Shown: positions 57,178 through 64,000 of the stretch, in pieces
Position numbering within the stretch: the stretch's first letter is position 1
Layout of the letters: each line of letters opens with the position of its first letter
Source: Selaginella moellendorffii
Lineage: Eukaryota > Plantae > Lycopodiophyta
NCBI RefSeq assembly: GCF_000143415.4
Contig: NW_003314285.1
Location: 1,561,471 to 1,625,470 of the forward strand
Length of the DNA stretch: 64,000 bases
Reading direction: 5' to 3'
Translations under genes and position numbers: made by a program
Notes under the pieces: generated by a model
What the model saw: only the letters and a program-made list of their open reading frames with translations
Databases searched by the model: none
Told to the model about the DNA's origin: nothing

Positions 57178-60100
57178 AACTAGTGAAGGGGTTAGAGTTG
57201 ACTTCAGTTGGTTTAAACCTTAGTAAGTAGTTTGTATGACTTGGCCTGAAAGGGATGTTGACTTTTGGGTTTAAAGCAATTGAGTTGAATAAAGTCTAGA
57301 GTTAGTGTAAAAAAATGGCTATTGTGCTTTTCTAGAAAGGTGACCCTTGTGCCTTTTTTCTATAGCATTATGCTCGATGGTAGGTTGCACTTTTCATTTC
57401 ATTACACTCTATGAGAGTAGTGAGCTCTTACTGATCTTGACATAGTCTTAGTAGTTTTGCACCTTATCTAAGTATGGTGATGTCCAACATAGTTGTTTGA
57501 GATGAGATGTTAATACTTGTACTATAGCTTTGTCTATAATGAGGTTGTGTACCAATATGAGTCCATCTCATGGTCTTCATTTTAGTTTTGACTAAATCTT
57601 TATTATGCATAGCTAGCATCTTCAAAGCATATTCAGAGTTGTTGGCTAAATGCATTAGTAAGCTTATTGTGGTTGAATTAAATTTGAGTAGTCATTTAGT
57701 TCGTGCTTGTCCATGAATCTATATCTCGTACTTGAAATACTATATTAATTTTGAACAAGTATATGACTCGATGGTATGAATTTAGTGTTTAGGTATTGTG
57801 AAAGCAAGTTGAAGAGTGGTTGTTAATTGCTTTGTAACTAGTGATTACTTTTTGACTTTATCGAGTACTGTTGACATTTGCTTCGCTTGATGATGATTTA
57901 GTAGTGATGGGCTCGCTTTACTAGATGGTATTGCAGAGGATCGTGTCCTTTAACTTACATAGGTTTTCCATGTTAGCATATTGACTCTACCTCTGTCAAT
58001 ATCATTTAGTTGCATTTAGTCTGTGGTGTTAGATTTCATTGAGTTTTGAATGTGGTGAATCACTCCTTGATGATATGTTATCTATAATTGAGTATTGTTG
58101 AAGAATTAACCTCAAATACTAAGTATAGTATCTTTGATTTTGGTTAGCCTAGTTGCTAGGAAGCTTTGAGTGGTGATTCACATTTGCTTTCTATTAGCTT
58201 TGTTATGGTGTTGATGGCATTGAAGTGATGCCTTATCATTGATATTATTGATGTTAATATTTAAGTGAGATGAGATGTCTCTCTGTACGATTAATATTAA
58301 ATTTTATTAGTCTTGATGTAGATAGTGTTGATGATTTTTGCTATAGCTTTGTGTTATTGGCATTTGTGCATTTGTTAGTTAGCAACTGTATTGATGTTCA
58401 AACAAACTAAATGGCAAGTTTGAGTTAATTGTGTTCTAAACAAGATTGTTTAGTAAGGGTTGAGCTTTGAGCTTTTCCTTGAAAGGTGATTTAATCGTGG
58501 ACAACACTAACTTTACAAGCTAAAAAGTTACTAATTGATATTACAATGTTTAAATCTTTATTAGATTTGAGTTGGATCATTAATGATTCTTTTTATACTT
58601 GTTATGAAGTGAGTGACATCTTATTATAAATAGATTCATGGAGGATTGGTTTGGTAGTCACTTGTTAAGTATAGCTTTGTTATGTTTAACTTTTGGATTG
58701 ATGCAGAAATGCTCTTCATTAACATTGCATTATAAAGTTTAGCTTATGAATGTTTTAAGGAGGATATTATGGGTTGTACCTTGATTTCTTCTTTAACATT
58801 AAATGCAAGACTTGTGATCATTGTTAGGCAAAACTTAGTTATAGGCTTCTTTGAGCTTTTAGTTTCTTGAGTTTTCATACTTGTGATCCATTTGTTAGAA
58901 GTTATTGGGAAAGGCATTTTAGCTCATTAGTTTTGATATTGAAGTTAATATTTACATCTAGCAATCATTGGTGATGATTGACTATCATCTAAGATAATTA
59001 ATTATCCTTGTTAAAGATTTTGCCAGATTATTATTGGTGTTGAATGATTTGCCATTCTTCATGATGGTAGAGTGTTTCTTCAACAATGATTATACATCTT
59101 TCTATTGATGGGATGAATAATGGTCTTTTATGATGGTTAGTTATTCTTTTTGATAGTTTATAGTTTTTCGCAATACCACATATTCTTTGTGGTTTGTTTT
59201 AGATTGGTCTTTTGGGTTTGAGATATTAGTAGGATGTTATTGACACTTGATTAAGCAATTTGAGTTTTTTCGTATTGTTGACTAGGATTTATTTAGATTA
59301 GCTAGTGCAATTGTTAGCCTAAATGAGTGTTTGTTGGTCTTGCTGCATTCATTCTATTCTATTAATTGTTGCTTGAGTTAGCTCTAATAGATTAGGATGT
59401 TATTTCCTTCAGGTGATACATTTATGAGCATTTTGCTTGTCAGTTGATGATACTTTGTGATCTTTTAGTTGTATTTTGTAAGTTGTTTAGCATGTTATCT
59501 AAAATCTTTAATAGTTAACTTTTATCATTGAATTTTTTTTATGATACACTTGCTATTAAATTTTATTGGATGGTTAATCCTACAATCTTAACCTTAAAGA
59601 TCTTGGTGGTTTTTATACCCTCATATTGGTACTTGAAATACTTTTGTGTTCTAATCTAAGATTTATTCATTAATATTTATGTCTCTAAGATATCATTGTC
59701 TATGACTTTGATATTGTCCATGTATTGATCTTTGAGTTTGGGCCAGTATAGACAGACTGGCTTCGACACTTTGTATCCATGGTGAAATCTTTAGTCATTA
59801 GGTAGCTACTATAAACTGGTCACATCACCCACCTTTCTGTCGATGTTTTTTATTCCGTAAAAGAGCGTGACTTTATAAACAACTTTAACTACTTATTTAT
59901 AATAGTCTATCTAAACCCTACCGACAGGTTTGGTTTCTTTGCTCATGAGGATTGGGGCCTTTAGCTTCTTTCTCTATGTCCCTACAGGTAAGGGCGTATT
60001 ACACTTTTGTAAGCTAGGTGACACCTAAAGTAGCAAAGGTGGTTAACTCCATCGGTCATTCCTTATTAGCGACAATTGCAAGGTATTTGAGTTGGTAGCA

Positions 60101-61352
60101 TATCCATGTTAAACAAAGAGGTTCCCTTAGCTCATTTAAGTTGGTGCATTTCTCACATAATATGATCACCATGAACTTTTATTAGAGTTGTTTCCTTGCC
60201 AATCGTCTAAACTTGAGTATGCATTGACGAGGACGTCAATTTTCCCTAAGGGGGGAGAGTGTCGTGAATGTGACTTCAAGTATCAAAAATTATTTGTCTG
60301 CTAATCTTTTTAAATATTCTTTTCTTACTACCACAATGGCAGGAAGTCGGTATTGTTGAACCTATTATCAGTCTCCACCTAAGTTAGTTGAGAAATTGGT
60401 CTTCGCATATGCAGTTGACTAGATAAGCATAAAGACGGAATTCCTAAGTGCTATTAGTCAAACATATTTGACTTGGTTAGAGAAACTCATTCATTAACTT
60501 GTATTTGCTAGTGTTAGGAACCCCCGCGATATTAAACTTTGTTCCTCAATAATAGATTATATGTCTGCCAAACACCTTCGTTATCATGCCCTTTGTGTTA
60601 GTCTCATTCCAGTCCCAAATACTAATTATGGAAAGTGTCTAGATTTGTTCATTTGCCATACATACAAAATGTAGAGATTGTTTTAAACACAATGGTGTTC
60701 GTCCTATATCCAAATTCACAATCAAGGAATATTCTATATTTAGTAAGTTTTGAGCTTATTCTAGAGACTAACTCCTAATACTAAAGGAATCTTGGGGTGA
60801 AAGCCCAAAGTGTGTATTCTCCTTATGGGGGGTTCCAAATATATAGTATGGATAGTGGGTAGGTCGGATATGGTTGACCAACTTGAGGCATAATTTAGCT
60901 CCTATTTATATGCTTATCTTTTTTTTTTGTCTAGCTTGGGTTTAAGCCTAAGTTCTATTCCATGCTAACTAGTGGAGTACTTATATCCTTCTGTTAGGCC
61001 ATGGGTATACTGAAATAGCTCTAGACTTCGTTTGGCTCAGTTTTGCATGTTAGTCTTAGCATTAGGATGCTAGATACTTTAGGACTATTCTAAGTTGCTC
61101 TATGCTCCTGTCCTTTCGCTTTTTGGGCTGTATGTTTAAGAGTCACTTTGTGCTCCGATTCCTTCACTTTTTAGCTCTATGCTTAAAAGTTTTGCATTGT
61201 TTCTTTGTTCAATGGCCCAAGGCTTTAAAACTTGGATTCCGCACCATTGTCCTTTGGATACGTGGCATGTGACACATGGTATATAGTTTTGCTTTGTGGT
61301 TATCCTATAGCAAATCACCATAGGATTAAGGGTGAAAACCACATGCACTACA
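57178..61352 (+). mobile_element. 5'-truncated, heavily mutated LTR element copy (E) with PPT and complete 3' LTR 60260-61352
   Basis: Collinear with ~45340-48456. PPT, then TGTCGTG...CACTACA. Pervasive C>T/G>A substitutions. Confidence 0.88.
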
Positions 61353-62130
61353 AATGTGTATATAACTTATTTATGTTTTAATTGTGGGTAAGAAAAATTA
61401 CACATATATTACATAAATTTAGAGAGAATTTACTTAAAAGCATATTTAATTTCTCTAAATCTAAATTATACTTAAATTCCTCTTCATTCTCTATTTTGAT
61501 TTGCAAATAGTTTACTTGATTACTTATTACTAGTGATTAGATATTTAAATAATAAACTTCAAACTGTGAATCAACACATACACTAGAAAAACTATGAGAA
61601 GAGAAGGCTCTAGATTTAAGGATAAATATAAAACATCAGGAAAGGAGAACAAGCTGAAAAAAATAAGAAGATAGAGAAAAAATAATCAAAAGAAAAAATT
61701 AAGGAGTTATTAATCATTCTAGGAAATTTTTAACTTGTTTCTAATATTATTGAACTCATTAATTACATTGAGCTTAGACATCATCTTCTCACAAACTTGA
61801 TCCTTTCAATTTAAGAATAACTATATTAATTTCAAATAGTAATACAATTTTACAAATAAGAGCAATTTCATAGTCACATCCCACAAAAGATGGATCCAAG
61901 CTTGGATCCATCTTAAGCATATACACAAAATAACACTAATAAATTACACCTCATAACATATCTAATATCTAGTGATATAATAGTCAGATGACTATATTCT
62001 TAGGATATGCAATTGCACATATATTTATATTGGAGACAATAAAATTTTTTTGGTGCATTAAACCATACTATTTTTAAAATGGATATACTTTTATATATAA
62101 TACAATTATATTTATATTATAGAGATAAAA

Positions 62131-62843
62131 ATGGCTTATATGATTTTAAGAAATAATAGAGAAAATAAAAATATAAGTTTTTCTAAAATAACATAAATTT
62201 TACACTTACATTAAGCTTAAAAATTGTAAGGTTTGAAGAAATTTTGAGCAAGCTCCAAAATTTATTTTCAGTACCTGTTTTATAAAAAGGAAAAACAAAG
62301 TTTGTTATTGCATATTATGTGATGGAATTCTTGACATTACGGTTCAAATTAAAGATTTACATATATCTAAAAACGAAAGTATATCTTTATTAGAAAGAAA
62401 ATTTATTATAATTATAATTGATTTAGAAATCAATTCTATAAGTAATCCTTCAACACTTTATACAGATCAATTTTTAATTTCTTCAAATGGTAAAGTTGTT
62501 TTTATTCTTGAATCACATTGCAACCTTGTTTTGTAGTTTGAAAGAAATAAAATTTGGGAATCATGTACTACACAATATGGTTATAATTGTATGTTGCAAT
62601 TTCAAAAAAATGGTAATCTTATTTTAAATCTAATAAAGAAAACAGTATGGGAAATTCATCAATTTTGTAAATTCCTTAGTTGCACTATATTTTTTACTAT
62701 TCAAGACTAAGTTCGAGACCGAGTCTAAAATGGAGTTCAGGACCGAGTCCAAGATCAATGATTGTAATGTAGTTATATACTCTGAAAAACATTCTAACAA
62801 CGTTTGCTGGGCATGAGGTAGTGATAAGTTATGTTCTCATTGA
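62131..62843 (+). pseudogene. Pseudogene duplicate of the B-lectin gene
   Basis: Matches 32808-33632, but with a ~150-bp deletion that removes the signal peptide, small indels, premature stops (TAG ~62534) and a ~52-bp insertion at ~62706. Confidence 0.88.
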
Positions 62844-62893
62844 CATGTCTAAAATAAATTATCATACAACATCTCTTTAAAGCAAAAGAGTTT

Positions 62894-64000
62894 CTAAAAC
62901 TCCACGTTTTGACCAATTAAATTTGCAAGCAAAGGATAAGCTTGAGGAGCTTCACCCCCAGGACAAAGGTCGAACACATTCTTTGCTGCATTAGTTCCAA
63001 ATGTAACATGGCTGTGACTCTTGCAAGCTCCAAGAAAACACGTCCACTCTAAATATCCGGCTCATATTAGCAATTAAATCCTCTGCATTAACCAAATAGC
63101 TAGCACGTCCCAAAAGATCAACAATACAACAAAAGTGCTGCTGGTTGGGTCTGACATTAAAGTCAGCTTGCATCGACAAAAACCAGTAGTGACCTGTGTG
63201 GGTTTTTCCAACATGGCTACAAGCGAGAAGAGCAGATAAAAAACATATGTCATTGGGTATAGACATGAGTTTCATGGCATCAAAAAGATCAATAGCCTCT
63301 TTAGAGTGACCATTATGGGCATATGCAGACAACATTGCACTCCACACTAAATCTTGCTCTGGGGCTCTCTCAAATAGCAACTTACAGTATAAAAGGTGCC
63401 CGTTTTGGGCATGTGCTGAAAGAAAGGCGCTCCATGCAACAAAGTCCTTCTTTGGCATTTGGTAGAACACACTAGTAGCCTCCTGAATAAAGCCATTTTG
63501 TGAAAAACCAGAGAGAAGAGCAGTCCAGGAAAATAGGTCCCTTTGTGGCATTCTATCAAACATGAATTTGGCAAGCTCTAGATTCCGGTTTTGGGCATAT
63601 CCAGAAAGCATAGTGTTACAAGAAATAAGATCCTCCTCCGGCATCGTCTCAAACATATCCTTCGGTTTTTCCATAAGGCCATAGTGTGTGTATGCAGCCA
63701 AAACAATATTCCAAGTATAAAAGCTATGCTGAGGCATGTTATTATACAATGAATTTACGGAATCAAGATCACGGCTTGCAATAGCCGTTGAAAGCATTGC
63801 ATTCCAAGAGACAAAGTTACGCTCTGGCATCTTCTCAAACATTCTCTTTGTTTTCTCATAAGAGTCGTTTTGAGAAGAGGCTGTCAGCCGGGCATTGAAG
63901 GCAACCAAATCCCATACGGGCATGGCCTTAAAAGTCAGCTCAGCCTTTTCAAAATGCCGGTCAATTGAATATGCGGTCAGCACCGAAGTCCAAGAAACTA
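62894..64000 (-). pseudogene. Near-identical duplicate of PPR 33683-35482 with a frameshifted E domain; 5' part lies beyond the window
   Basis: The repeats are almost identical in protein sequence. 7-bp and 1-bp deletions at ~63050-63064 shift the frame after DLIANM and stop at 62991. Confidence 0.85.

Overview
Eukaryotic plant nuclear DNA. It is most likely the lycophyte Selaginella (inference from ~50-60 nt introns, very short intergenic spacers and many intronless PPR genes built from 31-aa tandem motifs). Bases 1-~32,400 are gene-dense and moderately GC-rich. They hold six PLS/E-class PPR genes, a class II DAHP synthase, a plastid ATP/ADP transporter, an X8-domain protein, a degraded bromodomain gene, tRNA-Asp(GUC), a VQ-motif gene, a frameshifted cytochrome P450 and a TTL (TPR + thioredoxin-like) gene. 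From ~32,400 the DNA turns AT-rich. This part holds a secreted B-type lectin gene, a seventh PPR gene and a truncated GH127-like fragment. It also holds a small two-exon secreted-protein gene that resembles the bacterial/fungal YvgO-like family; this is the top candidate for novelty. Bases ~37,500-61,350 are mostly a nest of related Ty3/gypsy-type LTR elements whose internal regions have no intact ORF, interrupted by four assembly gaps. Two rearranged duplicates of the lectin+PPR unit lie at ~55.6-57.2 kb and ~61.4-64 kb. All family assignments come from motif recognition by eye; no searches were run.
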